Positions 1 to 9,938 of a stretch of DNA of 64,000 bases are shown here, one piece after another. This stretch comes from Deinococcales bacterium (GTDB lineage: Bacteria; Deinococcota; Deinococci; Deinococcales; JAAFIG01): the NCBI GenBank assembly GCA_031414595.1, contig JANNVX010000033.1, forward strand, positions 1 through 64,000, read 5' to 3'. The stretch's first letter is position 1; each line of letters starts with the position of its first letter. The translations under genes and the position numbers were made by a program. The notes below the pieces were generated by a model, which saw only the letters and a program-made list of their open reading frames with translations, ran no database searches and was not told the DNA's origin.

Positions 1-139
1 AGCAGGACAGACACAGGGGTCTGTCCCTACAAAATCCATAAAAATACGTCAGGTAGGGGCGGACCCCCGTGTCCGCCCTGTGACCAATTGTCTGTTTTTG
101 GTCTATTTGAAATCAGGAAGTTATTCTTGGACAGTTCCC
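1..139. repeat. MITE/REPIN-like element, copy A (cut by window edge)
   Basis: Nearly identical to 43701-43839; contains GTAG-type REP hairpins (GTAGGGGCGGACCCCCGTGTCCGCCC) and the terminal repeat GGAAGTTATTCTTGGACAGTTCC. Confidence 0.85.
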
Positions 140-363
140 TAGTGAGAAGCGACAAGAACTTTTTCCCTAATTGTGGGAATTGCTTAAAGTTTTAGTAACC
201 TGCCTCTACCACCCGAGAATTTCACCATTCCCCTGCTGCAAAATCTTCCACTGCTCGAGCCAGTTCAGTCGTGGTCTGGGCTACGCTTAAACTTAATTCG
301 CAAATTTAAGTTAGGATATTTTATGACTTGGCAATTTGTAAATGTACAGGTGGGTAGTACATC

Positions 364-1260
364 ATGTTAAAACCCCTAGCTTGGGTGGTGCTTGCCCTAT
401 CCTTTGCTTTTCCATTTATTCCATTTGGAGACCGAACCGCATTTATTCAACAAATTTCGTTGTTTGTCTTGTCTGGGGCGGTGTTGGCGTTGTCTTGGGA
501 TTTTCTGGCGCGTACAGGGCAACTTTCCTTGGCTCATGCGGCTTTTTTTGGACTTGGTGCGTATACTTTTGCGCTGCTGGCAAACGCGGGTGTGCCTCAA
601 CCAATCGCTTTTTTGGCGGCTGGGGTGTTCTCGAGTCTAGCCAGTTTGTTGCTTGGTGCAGTCACCTTGCGTTTACACGGGATGTACTTTGCAATCGCCA
701 CGCTCAGTTTTGCCGAGGTGCTAAAAACAATCATCAATCAACTGCCGTTCACGGGCGGGGCGCAGGGTTTACTTGTACCCGCTTTGTTTGGCGGGCAGTT
801 TCTGACCTTGTATTTTGTGGGTTTAACCATGTTGCTGGTTCTGGTGGTATTTTCCGAGGTTTCTAAGCGTTCTAAACTTGGTTTTGCTGCCACAGCAATT
901 CGTCAAGGGGAACTGGTAGCTCGAGTGCTGGGGGTCAATGCCACCAAAGTCAAATTACAATCTTTTGTGATTTCAAGTTTTTTTGTCGGTTTGGTCGGGG
1001 CATATGCAGCCGGTAAAACCTTTTATATCACTCCACCCGAGGCGTTTAGTGCTTCGGTCAGCGTGACAGCCCTTGTGATGCCGATTTTTGGTGGTTTGTA
1101 CAGCACCGTTGGTCCGATTTTAGCGGCGGTGGTACTGCGGATTCTCGAGGAGTTGCTGCGTTTGGTTTTACCCCAAGGCTACTTAATTGGTTACGGGGTT
1201 ATTTTGGTGCTTTCGATTTTATTCTTACCCAAGGGATTACTGAGTTTATGGAAAAAATGA
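364..1260 (+). CDS. livM: Branched-chain amino acid ABC transporter permease
   Basis: Hydrophobic; GQLSLAHAAFFGLGAY and LRLHGMYFAIATL motifs; upstream of two ABC ATPases. Confidence 0.88.
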   Translation: MLKPLAWVVLALSFAFPFIPFGDRTAFIQQISLFVLSGAVLALSWDFLARTGQLSLAHAAFFGLGAYTFALLANAGVPQPIAFLAAGVFSSLASLLLGAVTLRLHGMYFAIATLSFAEVLKTIINQLPFTGGAQGLLVPALFGGQFLTLYFVGLTMLLVLVVFSEVSKRSKLGFAATAIRQGELVARVLGVNATKVKLQSFVISSFFVGLVGAYAAGKTFYITPPEAFSASVSVTALVMPIFGGLYSTVGPILAAVVLRILEELLRLVLPQGYLIGYGVILVLSILFLPKGLLSLWKK

Positions 1261-1979
1261 TTCTCAAAGCTGCCAACTTGTCTAAGCGCTTTGGTGGTCT
1301 GCAAGCGGTCAATGATGTTTCCTTAGAACTGTTTGAAAACGAGATTCTAGGGGTGATTGGACCAAATGGCGCGGGCAAAACCACATTCTTAAACTTATTG
1401 TCTGGGGTTTTTCTGCCCGACTCTGGAAGTCTGCACTTAGAAAACACCGATATTACCAAAGCTGTGCCAGAAATCAGGGCTAGACTGGGTTTAGGCAGGG
1501 CGTTTCAGATTGCCCAGCCTTTTCCAGAGATGACAGTCCTCGAGAATGTGGCGGTCGGTGCATTGTTTGCCGCCGATTTACCAATGAAAAAAGCCCTGGC
1601 TCGAGCCGAAGAAGTGCTTGAATTAACAGGTTTAAGTGCCAAACGCGATGTGGCTGCCCATAATTTAAGTTTACTCGAGGATAAGCGCCTTGAAATGGCT
1701 CGAGGGCTGGCAACCAATCCTAAGGTCTTACTGCTTGATGAGGTCATGGCGGGCTTGCGTCCATCTGAGGCGCAAGAAGCGGTTGAGGTGATTAAAGTGA
1801 TTCGTAGCCAAGGTATTGCCGTCTTGTTTATTGAGCATTTAATGCACGTCGTTAAAGTTTTGGCAGACCGAGTAATCGTGATGGATCACGGTGAAGTGCT
1901 GGCTTTTGGGACATACAGCGAAGTGACCAAGAATGCGGCGGTCATCGAAGCCTACTTGGGTTCTGAGGTAAACGCATGA
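1257..1979 (+). CDS. livG: Branched-chain amino acid ABC transporter ATP-binding protein
   Basis: KRFGGLQAV, Walker A GPNGAGKTT, LLLDE, C-terminal VIEAYLG; ATGA overlap with livM. Confidence 0.9.
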   Translation: MILKAANLSKRFGGLQAVNDVSLELFENEILGVIGPNGAGKTTFLNLLSGVFLPDSGSLHLENTDITKAVPEIRARLGLGRAFQIAQPFPEMTVLENVAVGALFAADLPMKKALARAEEVLELTGLSAKRDVAAHNLSLLEDKRLEMARGLATNPKVLLLDEVMAGLRPSEAQEAVEVIKVIRSQGIAVLFIEHLMHVVKVLADRVIVMDHGEVLAFGTYSEVTKNAAVIEAYLGSEVNA

Positions 1980-2692
1980 GTCTGGTGTTGCGCCTAAGCA
2001 ATTTGCAAGCCGCTTATGGCAAGGTGCAAGTGCTGTGGGGCATAGACTTACAAGTCGAAGATGGCGAATTTGTAACCGTGGTTGGCAGCAATGGGGCTGG
2101 CAAAACCACCATGCTTCGCACCATCTCGAGCCTCATCCAAGCCACGGGCGGCACAGTTGAACTCTTTGGGCAAGACATCACCAACGCCCCAAGCAGCCAA
2201 ATTGTTCGGGCTGGGCTGGCGCATGTTCCCGAAGGACGGCAGTTATTCCCGTTCATGAGCGTGGCTGATAACTTAGAGCTTGGGGCATCGGCAAAATCAA
2301 GTGCTTGGGCGGCTCGAGAATCCACCAGACGCGAAATGTACACTTTATTTCCACGCCTAGAAGAAAGAAAACCCCAATTGGCTGGAACATTATCCGGCGG
2401 AGAGCAACAAATGCTGGCAGTGGCACGGGCGCTGATGGCACTGCCTCGAGTGATGCTGGTGGACGAACCTTCGCTGGGGTTATCGCCCAAACTGACCCAG
2501 ATTGTTTTTGCTGCCCTTGAAGCCGTTTCAAAACGTGGTGTAGCCGTGCTGCTGGTCGAACAAAATGTCCGCCAGAGTTTACGTTTAGCCAATCGTGCTT
2601 ATGTCCTCGAGAATGGCAAAGTGACGCTCGAAGGGACTGGGGCAGCTTTACTCGAGGATGAACGGGTTAAAAAAGCGTACTTGGCGTTGTGA
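1976..2692 (+). CDS. livF: Branched-chain amino acid ABC transporter ATP-binding protein
   Basis: GSNGAGKTT, VPEGRQLF, LSGGEQQMLA, DEPSLGLSP. Confidence 0.92.
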   Translation: MSLVLRLSNLQAAYGKVQVLWGIDLQVEDGEFVTVVGSNGAGKTTMLRTISSLIQATGGTVELFGQDITNAPSSQIVRAGLAHVPEGRQLFPFMSVADNLELGASAKSSAWAARESTRREMYTLFPRLEERKPQLAGTLSGGEQQMLAVARALMALPRVMLVDEPSLGLSPKLTQIVFAALEAVSKRGVAVLLVEQNVRQSLRLANRAYVLENGKVTLEGTGAALLEDERVKKAYLAL

Positions 2693-2698
2693 GAAAGA

Positions 2699-2765
2699 GG
2701 CGAAAGGCGAAGGGCAAAGGGCGAAAGGCAAAAGGTTTTAAGCTCATAGCTCATAGCTCAAAGCT
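2699..2765. repeat. Composite heptamer tandem array (GGCRAAR)x5 + (AGCTCAT)x3
   Basis: Visible 7-nt periodicity between convergent livF and kinase genes. Confidence 0.8.
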
Positions 2766-3744
2766 ACTTGCGCTTAAAGAGTTTATCCATGATGCCCTGC
2801 TTGGTTGGCGCAGCTGGTTTTTTGCTCACACCGGGTTTGGATTCTGGCTTTGGAGCGCGACCTAAAACCATTTTTGGTTCGGCTGGCATTTCGGGGGCAG
2901 CTTCCCCGACACTGCTCTCTCTGGTTTGGGTGCTGTTTTCGGTCTCTAGTGGTGCATTGCTGCTGAGTAAATCAGTCAGCACCACCCAAAAATCGTGCAT
3001 GGTCGGACGAAAACCTATTTCTTTGGATAAACCACGGTCTATTAGCCGAGCAAGAACTCGAGGTGTGGATGAACTGACATTTTTAAGCGGTAGTGGAATT
3101 TTGGTCATGTGGGCAATTTGTAGTTCTTCTACGGTGTTGCCGACAATTGGACGCTGTTTAGAAAGCAGTTCATAGGACATCACCGAAAAACTATAGACAT
3201 CTGACTTGGGTGTGCCATGCTCACCACGAAAGACCTCGGGTGCCATATAAAACGGGCTGCCAGCAGGCGGTGTTGGGTTTTTATCACTCGAGGCAGCCCC
3301 AAAATCGGCTAGAAAACCACGCCCGTTAGAAGTGTAAATATTGCTGGGTTTAACATCTTGATGAATCACTTTTTTGCTGTGACAATACTCTAATGCACTC
3401 GAGATGTCTAAGAGAATGGCTAAAATACCTTCTAAGGTCAGGTTGCGTGGGTTGAGTTCGCCTTCTGGGAAATACTGGACTGCCAAATGGGCATGACCAC
3501 CCGACGGCACACCGGTAAAGTAACGCACCACATTGGGATGGTCTAAGGTTTTAAGCATCACCACTTCGTTATAAAAAACCTTGCCTAAAATCGGGTCATT
3601 GCGAATCTCTGGTCTGGGGACTTTTAAGGCAATTTCACGCCCATCTTTATCGTCAGCCAAATAGACAATGCTTGTTTGCCCTGTACCGAGCAACAAACGA
3701 GTACGAAATCCGGGGATGGTGCTGCTAAGTTGAGTCACAAACAC
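2764..3744 (-). CDS. Hanks-type Ser/Thr protein kinase
   Basis: LGTGQTSIVY, IALK, HQDVKPSN, ADFG, GSPFYMAPE, SDVYS motifs. Confidence 0.9.
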   Translation of the reverse strand: MFVTQLSSTIPGFRTRLLLGTGQTSIVYLADDKDGREIALKVPRPEIRNDPILGKVFYNEVVMLKTLDHPNVVRYFTGVPSGGHAHLAVQYFPEGELNPRNLTLEGILAILLDISSALEYCHSKKVIHQDVKPSNIYTSNGRGFLADFGAASSDKNPTPPAGSPFYMAPEVFRGEHGTPKSDVYSFSVMSYELLSKQRPIVGNTVEELQIAHMTKIPLPLKNVSSSTPRVLARLIDRGLSKEIGFRPTMHDFWVVLTDLLSSNAPLETENSTQTRESSVGEAAPEMPAEPKMVLGRAPKPESKPGVSKKPAAPTKQGIMDKLFKRK

Positions 3745-3792
3745 ATTCTAAACCAAATTCTGGTTTTTTGTTGTCCAGAACCCACACCAGAT

Positions 3793-4770
3793 TTATGAAC
3801 GAATAACTTCACCATTCAACATCTCAAGATCGAGCAACCCTGCGTGTTTTTCAAAATGCAGCACCCCAGCCGAATCACCGATAAATCGCCCTGAAGTCGG
3901 TGGGACATCGTTATAATCACGCCCAATCGCAACCACGGTATAGCCCAAATTTGGTGTTCTGGCATTGGTTGGGTCAAAGCCAGCAGCCCGACCATCTTCA
4001 AGTAGCACTTCTGCCCACGCATGAGAACCACCCTCACCAAGCATATGCCCAGAAACATAACGAGCCGCTATTCCCTCGGCGCGGCACAGGGCAATAAACA
4101 GATGGCTGTAATCTTGGCAAAGCCCAGCCCCAATTTCAAAGGCTTGGGCAGCCGTGGTTTGTACATTGGTGAGACCACTTTTGTACTGCATAGTCTGACT
4201 GACCCAATCCGAGGCTCGCATGGCAAAATCGAGTTCTGAAACAGATTGCCTGTGCAGTTTTTTTGCAACTTCAAGAATTTGGGGGCTACTTTGGGTCAAG
4301 CTCGAGGCGGCTTTGAATTTTTGCAATTGACTTGGCGAAACCAAGACAGTCTGATTGGCTGTGTTTTCGACGCAAAACATCACTTCAAAACTTGTCCAAT
4401 GGCTGATGTGCGCCACCTCGAGATGCAGCACCGTATTCTCAAAATCATCAATCGTTTGTTTGCTGCAAAGCAAAATCGGTTCAACCCCCAACTTAAAATT
4501 AAGTAAACGCTGTCCCCCATAATTTCTGGGCTTGACCAAAAGATGCTGTGATAAATCTATAACTGTACTTGGGTAGACATACTGAAATTGCTGATAGGCA
4601 AAAAAAACACTGCGTTTAACCTTGGACCAGTCTATTTGTAAAAAATCCAAAAAAGGCACTTGTTGGGCAATTAATTGATCTAAACTGTCCCGACTGACTT
4701 TACGGGTGTCTCCTGCTTGGGCTGTAAAAAATGCCAAAGGTAAGGTGTAAAGCGGAGGTGACTCGAGCAT
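3793..4770 (-). CDS. Transglutaminase-like family protein
   Basis: GLCQDYSH, ARYVSG, SHAWAEV, GFDPTN, AIGRDYNDVPP; start set at ATG 4770. Confidence 0.88.
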   Translation of the reverse strand: MLESPPLYTLPLAFFTAQAGDTRKVSRDSLDQLIAQQVPFLDFLQIDWSKVKRSVFFAYQQFQYVYPSTVIDLSQHLLVKPRNYGGQRLLNFKLGVEPILLCSKQTIDDFENTVLHLEVAHISHWTSFEVMFCVENTANQTVLVSPSQLQKFKAASSLTQSSPQILEVAKKLHRQSVSELDFAMRASDWVSQTMQYKSGLTNVQTTAAQAFEIGAGLCQDYSHLFIALCRAEGIAARYVSGHMLGEGGSHAWAEVLLEDGRAAGFDPTNARTPNLGYTVVAIGRDYNDVPPTSGRFIGDSAGVLHFEKHAGLLDLEMLNGEVIRS

Positions 4771-4849
4771 CGCTGTTAGCCTAACAAAAGCAGAGCAAGG
4801 AAAAAAAGGACTCGAGTTTAGTGCCTTGTCGGACAAGTCGGTAGACCGA

Positions 4850-6310
4850 TTAAAAAAAATCGGCAAACAGGGCATTGGCAGCCAGTTTCCCCGAAAGCAT
4901 CACCAATGGCAATCCGCCACCAGGATGAGCGCTGCCTGTCGCAAGGTACAAGCCCTTGACCGTCTGGCTGCGGTTCTGAGGGCGTAAGAAAGCACTCGAG
5001 ATGGTGTTGCTGCTGCTGCCATAAATCCCACCACGATGGGTCAAATACTTATTTTCTAAGTCGGTAGGGGAGATGATGTGCTGGACTTCTAGGCGCTGAC
5101 GAATATCAAAGCCTCGAGCCGCCAGCAACTCTAAAACCCGAGCCGCATATTTAGGGGCTTCTAAATCCCAGTCCACTTTACCAGTCGGTGGTGCATTGAC
5201 CAAAATAAACCAGTTTTCGCAGTCTTTCGGAGCTTGACTCGAGTCGGTTTTACTCGAGACGCAGACATAAATCGTCGGTTCGGAGGCGGGTTGCAATTGG
5301 CTAAAAATTTGTTCAAATTCTTTTTTGTAATCGCTCGAAAAGAAAATATTATGATGCTCTAAACCAACCGTCTGACCCTTTACACCCAGCAGCATCACAA
5401 AACCAGAAATGCTCGGCTCGAGTTTGGTTTTTTGTGGGTCAAGGGTTTTATTGAGTAGTTCTTGGTAAAGGTGGCTGGCATCGGCATTGCAAACAATTGC
5501 ATCACAGTTTATAACGTCGTTGTTGTCGAGTTGCACGGCTTTGACGACTGCATTTTCGGTCTGAATTTTTGCGACGCTGGTGTTAAAACTAAATTCCACC
5601 CCAAGTTTAAGGGCTAGTTGTTCTAGGGCTTGGGCGATGGTGTACAACCCGCCGCGCACATACCACGCGCCGTAGGCATACTCGGAGTACAAAACGGTGC
5701 TGAGTGTACCCGGTGCGCGGTACGGACTCGAGCCAGTATAAGTGGCATAACGCCCAACAAATTGTTGCAGGCGAGTATCCTTAAAGTAACGCCTGGCTAA
5801 ACCATGTAAGGTTGGAATTGGTAGCAGTGCGGTTAAATCTGTCCAAGGAAGACCATTTTTAATAAAGTCTAAGGGACTCGAGATGCTGCTTTCTAAAAAG
5901 GGCTTGCGACTGCCCCGCCACGCCCGAGCCGCATGACCAAAAAAGGCATTGAAATCCTGCCCTGAACCAGCACTGAACTGCTCTAAGTTCTGCATCATGA
6001 CTGGCATGTCGGCACTGGCATCAAAACCCGTGCCATCAGGGTAAAAGTAGCGGCAAACTGGCTCGAGCCGAATCAGATCAAGCCAATCGGAGAGCTTTTC
6101 GCCTGCTGCTGCAAATAAATCCTCAAAAACCCAAGGCAGCGTTACTAAACTTGGACCTGTATCAAATCGGTATCCAGCCTCCTCAAGCAGATTCAGTTTG
6201 CCACCCGCATTGGGTAGCCGCTCGAGAACCCGTACTTTAACCCCTTTGGCGGCAAGACGAATGGCAGCACTTAAGCCCCCAACACCTGCGCCAATCACAA
6301 TCACATTCAT
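4850..6310 (-). CDS. Phytoene/carotenoid desaturase family FAD oxidoreductase (CrtI/CrtD-like)
   Basis: GAGVGGL FAD motif, GYRFDTGPS, C-terminal GSAHPGGGLP. Confidence 0.88.
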   Translation of the reverse strand: MNVIVIGAGVGGLSAAIRLAAKGVKVRVLERLPNAGGKLNLLEEAGYRFDTGPSLVTLPWVFEDLFAAAGEKLSDWLDLIRLEPVCRYFYPDGTGFDASADMPVMMQNLEQFSAGSGQDFNAFFGHAARAWRGSRKPFLESSISSPLDFIKNGLPWTDLTALLPIPTLHGLARRYFKDTRLQQFVGRYATYTGSSPYRAPGTLSTVLYSEYAYGAWYVRGGLYTIAQALEQLALKLGVEFSFNTSVAKIQTENAVVKAVQLDNNDVINCDAIVCNADASHLYQELLNKTLDPQKTKLEPSISGFVMLLGVKGQTVGLEHHNIFFSSDYKKEFEQIFSQLQPASEPTIYVCVSSKTDSSQAPKDCENWFILVNAPPTGKVDWDLEAPKYAARVLELLAARGFDIRQRLEVQHIISPTDLENKYLTHRGGIYGSSSNTISSAFLRPQNRSQTVKGLYLATGSAHPGGGLPLVMLSGKLAANALFADFF

Positions 6311-6498
6311 GGGTAAAGCATAACTTACTTACTTGAGGGTCATTTAGCTTCTAGCGGCTGATTTTTAGCTGCTAGTTGGTACGTTCTGAACCCATTTCTC
6401 GAGAATTTCCAGTAGCCTTTTTTACCCATGCCAAGCGTAATACCCACCTTGGTTATAGACATGGTTAAAATCGGCAGGTTCAAGGGTCATGATAAAAA

Positions 6499-6849
6499 TT
6501 AAGCTAAAACTGCTTGGATTGCCAGCAAAAATTCGTCCTCAGCAGCCCTTACGCCGTCTACCTTGAGAACCGCTTGGATTTCTTGGAGCGCTCCGAGTCG
6601 AGTATCAGGTGTGTCAAAAACAGCGCAGAGCCGAAGCGCCTGTTCAACCCGAGCAGGCGCTTTTAAGCCCCGAAGATTGGCGTAGCTGCTGTTGATAAAG
6701 CCACTTAAGCCAATTCCACTCGTCCAAGGTAAGGACTCGAGATGGGTACTGAGGGCATCATCCTCGAGTGTGGTTGTGCCATTGTCGGTCAGGGTAGCGA
6801 TGAGCAGCAGTTGTACCAGATTCTCAGATTGGGTTTGAGTCAAAGTCAT
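6499..6849 (-). CDS. Hypothetical protein, weakly TerB-like
   Basis: 116-aa helical ORF with DG..E..E pattern near both ends. Confidence 0.55.
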   Translation of the reverse strand: MTLTQTQSENLVQLLLIATLTDNGTTTLEDDALSTHLESLPWTSGIGLSGFINSSYANLRGLKAPARVEQALRLCAVFDTPDTRLGALQEIQAVLKVDGVRAAEDEFLLAIQAVLA

Positions 6850-6942
6850 GCTTTATTGTACGCTGGTTTTGCCTTGCAAGTTTCTTTTGCTCCTGTTTTT
6901 TTTACGTTTGCCTGTTAGGATGCAAAGCATGAAGGTTTTACT

Positions 6943-7590
6943 ATGATTCGTTTACTTGAAATTATGCGCCGTTTACGCGCCCCTGATGGTTGCCCGTGGG
7001 ATATTGAACAAACCCACCAGTCACTGCGCCCGTATTTACTCGAGGAAGCTGCTGAGGCAGTTGATGCGGTCTCGAGTCCAGACCCTTTAGAACTGGCTGC
7101 CGAACTTGGTGATGTGTTGCTTCAGGTGGCGTTTCATAGTGTGATTGCCGAGGAAGAAAAAACTTTTTCCTATGAAACGGTGGAAAATGCGATTGTTGAA
7201 AAACTGATTCGTCGTCATCCGCATGTCTTTGGCGATGTGGCTGTCTCTGGTGCAGCACAAGTGGTGCAGAATTGGAATGAAATTAAGGCAGCTGAACGAA
7301 TCGGTAAACCCGAACTTCATCCAGCCCAACGGGTTCCCAAGGCACTTGGCGCACTGGCACGAACCCATGAAATCCATAAGGCACTCGAAGTCGGACAAGG
7401 CTCGAGACGGGCGGTGATTGCTGCCCTAGAAAACGGGGACGATGATGCCAGCAGTGTGGCGGCGGTACTCGAGGCAGTCGTGGCTTGGGCGCGGTCTACA
7501 GGGGTGAATTCCGAAGTGATTCTGCGTGAGCGTTTAGAAGCCCAAGTTCAACATGCCGTGGCTCAGTCCTTAAAACAAACCAATGCTTGA
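6943..7590 (+). CDS. mazG: MazG family nucleoside triphosphate pyrophosphohydrolase
   Basis: LRAPDGCPWD, EELGD-like ELGDVLLQ, KLIRRHPHVFG; second MazG domain degenerate. Confidence 0.88.
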   Translation: MIRLLEIMRRLRAPDGCPWDIEQTHQSLRPYLLEEAAEAVDAVSSPDPLELAAELGDVLLQVAFHSVIAEEEKTFSYETVENAIVEKLIRRHPHVFGDVAVSGAAQVVQNWNEIKAAERIGKPELHPAQRVPKALGALARTHEIHKALEVGQGSRRAVIAALENGDDDASSVAAVLEAVVAWARSTGVNSEVILRERLEAQVQHAVAQSLKQTNA

Positions 7591-7604
7591 TTTATTGGTA
7601 ATCC

Positions 7605-8177
7605 ATGCTTGACTTGACTGTTCTCGAGAATAAATTATTGAATCATCCTCGGCGAATTCTCGAGATTCCAGGTTTTCGCCGTGCGGCGGTGCTGGTGGCA
7701 GTGTTGCTTGAACCCGAACCCAGTTTAATTTTAACCAAGCGCACCACCAACCTCAGTACCCATTCTGGACAAATTGCCTTTGCAGGAGGTAGTTTGGATG
7801 TAGCCGAAACCCCGACCCAAGCTGCCCTGCGCGAAGCCGATGAAGAAATTGGTCTCGAGCCAAAGCATGTGCGGGTACTGGGTTTAATGAGTGATGTCTG
7901 GACTCCAGTCGGTTTTCATGTCACTCCAGTGGTTGGGTTGGTCTCGAGTTTAGCGGTTTTGCAACCCAATCCTGCCGAGGTTGCCAAGTTGCTTTTTGTT
8001 CCTTTAGCCGATTTAGGCTTAATCAAACCCACCTTTGAGCAAAAAATCTTACCCGCTTCGGCTCGAGTACCCACCTTTGAAAGCCGTGAACGGGCGATAC
8101 CGCATTATCTTTGGCAAGGCATAGACATTTGGGGAATGACGGCTTTTGTGATTCAAGAATTTTTAGAATTGGTGTAA
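7605..8177 (+). CDS. Nudix hydrolase, CoA pyrophosphatase type
   Basis: HSGQIAFAGG..ALREADEEIG Nudix box, NPAEV, IWGMTA. Confidence 0.88.
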   Translation: MLDLTVLENKLLNHPRRILEIPGFRRAAVLVAVLLEPEPSLILTKRTTNLSTHSGQIAFAGGSLDVAETPTQAALREADEEIGLEPKHVRVLGLMSDVWTPVGFHVTPVVGLVSSLAVLQPNPAEVAKLLFVPLADLGLIKPTFEQKILPASARVPTFESRERAIPHYLWQGIDIWGMTAFVIQEFLELV

Positions 8178-8218
8178 TTGTTGTTTTTTCCCACCTGTCA
8201 ATTTGTTACAGTGCGTTC

Positions 8219-9694
8219 ATGAACCCCCAGCCGAAAGTCATTACCTTAGAGCATGTCTCTTTGGATTTTAACGGGCGGCGTGTCCTCGAGAATGTCTCTT
8301 TATCGGTGGCAGAAGGCGAATTTATTGCTGTGCTTGGCTCGAGTGGTGGCGGTAAAAGTACCTTGTTGCGTTTAATTGCAGGTTTACTAAAAGGTACAGG
8401 TAAACTCGAGGTCACAGCCGCCACAGCCATGGTCTTTCAGGATTATCGTTTGCTGCCGTGGCGGACGGTGCGTCAGAATGTCTTGTTGCCGTCCGAACTT
8501 GGAGGGGCGGGCATGACCCCCGAAGAAGCCCTGACCTTGGTCGGAATGAGCAGTTTTGCTGCCCTCTATCCGCATCAGTTGTCTGGCGGAATGCGGGCGC
8601 GGGTGGCGATAGCTCGGGCTTTAGCCCAAGATGCACCGATTTTATTGATGGATGAACCTTTTGCGGCGCTTGATGCCTTGGTGCGTGAGCGTTTTAATTT
8701 AGAACTTAAAAAAATCCATGAAAAAACAGGTAAAACCATTTTATTTGTGACCCACAGCATCCGCGAAGCCGTCTACTTGGCGGATCGGGTGGTGGTGATT
8801 AAAAACGGACGGATAGAACTGATTCTGACGACCAAAGGGCAAGGCAGAATCACAGCTTTTACCGAACCGCTCGAGGCACAATTGCGTGGTTTACTCGGGG
8901 TGGCAGATTCTACCCACATCGAAGTGCCAATCCCAGCCTTACGTTTCCCGTGGGAGATTCTGGGTGTGTTGGGCATGATTGTGTTACTTTTACTGACTTG
9001 GAATTTCTTTGTGCCAGTCCCAACTCCGTTTACGCCAACACCAGGCTTGGTCTGGCGCACCATCTTTGAAAAGTCCGATGTGCTGCTGCCCGCCGCCCTC
9101 GAGACCTTAAGAATTACGGGCTTAGGCTTGTTGTGGTCGCTGGTTATTGGTATTGGCGCGGGTTACACCATGGGCAAACTGCGTATTCTCGAGCGGATAT
9201 TCTCGCCGTTTATTGTGGCGCTGCAAGCCATTCCCGTGATTATCATTGCGCCGATTCTAGTAACCCTGATTGGTTTTACCGATGCTTCAAGGGTCTTAAT
9301 TGCTACCCTAATCAGTTTATTTCCAATTCTAACCGCCACGATGGTGGGGGTGCGAGAAGTTGACCTTGTGTTCCGCGAGGTCTTCCAAACGATGCGTTCA
9401 AGTTTCTGGGGAGTTTTAAGTAAACTCGAATTCCCCGGGGCGCTGCCTGTGATGCTTGGCGGTCTTCGCAACACGGTTAGCCTTGCCTTAATCGGCACAG
9501 TTGTAGCTGAATTTACCTTCCCTAGCAGCAGTTCTGGACAAAATGGCTTAGGCGCTCTTGCCCAAAGCGCTCGGGTTTCTTTTAACAACGAATTTTCTTA
9601 TGCGGCGGTTTTTATGCTTGTTTTTATTGGTTGTTTTTTGTATTTGCTGGTTTTTCTGCTCGAGACATGGGTGCTAAGCTACCGAAAAAAATAA
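8219..9694 (+). CDS. Fused NitT/TauT-family ABC ATPase + permease, probable riboflavin importer component
   Basis: N-terminal GSSGGGKST, LSGGMRARV, MDEPF; C-terminal TM permease region; next to FMN riboswitch and substrate-binding protein. Confidence 0.82.
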   Translation: MNPQPKVITLEHVSLDFNGRRVLENVSLSVAEGEFIAVLGSSGGGKSTLLRLIAGLLKGTGKLEVTAATAMVFQDYRLLPWRTVRQNVLLPSELGGAGMTPEEALTLVGMSSFAALYPHQLSGGMRARVAIARALAQDAPILLMDEPFAALDALVRERFNLELKKIHEKTGKTILFVTHSIREAVYLADRVVVIKNGRIELILTTKGQGRITAFTEPLEAQLRGLLGVADSTHIEVPIPALRFPWEILGVLGMIVLLLLTWNFFVPVPTPFTPTPGLVWRTIFEKSDVLLPAALETLRITGLGLLWSLVIGIGAGYTMGKLRILERIFSPFIVALQAIPVIIIAPILVTLIGFTDASRVLIATLISLFPILTATMVGVREVDLVFREVFQTMRSSFWGVLSKLEFPGALPVMLGGLRNTVSLALIGTVVAEFTFPSSSSGQNGLGALAQSARVSFNNEFSYAAVFMLVFIGCFLYLLVFLLETWVLSYRKK

Positions 9695-9774
9695 AACTGT
9701 TGAGGCGTTCCTCATGAAGTCACAGTTTGTTTCTCACCGTTAAAAAGTTAAACTCTTTTCCGAGCTTAGGCTCA

Positions 9775-9934
9775 ACCTTTCAGGGCGAGGTGCAATTCCT
9801 CACCGGCGGTGAAGACGCTGTTTATTGGCGTATTAGTCCGCGAGCTTCGAGAAATTTTTAACTCGAGGTTGAGGCAGTAAAAGCTGCCACCGACAGTATT
9901 TGCTTTTAGCATCAGTCTGGATGAAAGAAGGGGT
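9775..9934 (+). promoter_or_regulatory. FMN riboswitch (RFN element)
   Basis: AGGGCGAGGTGCAATTCCTCACCGGCGGT ... AGTCCGCGAGC ... ACCGACAGT ... AGTCTGGATGAAAGAAG consensus blocks. Confidence 0.93.
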
Positions 9935-9938
9935 AAAT

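Noticed and set aside
140-340. Gene remnant between the repeat and livM
   Set aside because: No convincing open frame with a start found in the frames checked
6330-6490. Possible small gene or pseudogene upstream of the desaturase
   Set aside because: Only short frames (40 aa or less) with no motif or clear SD
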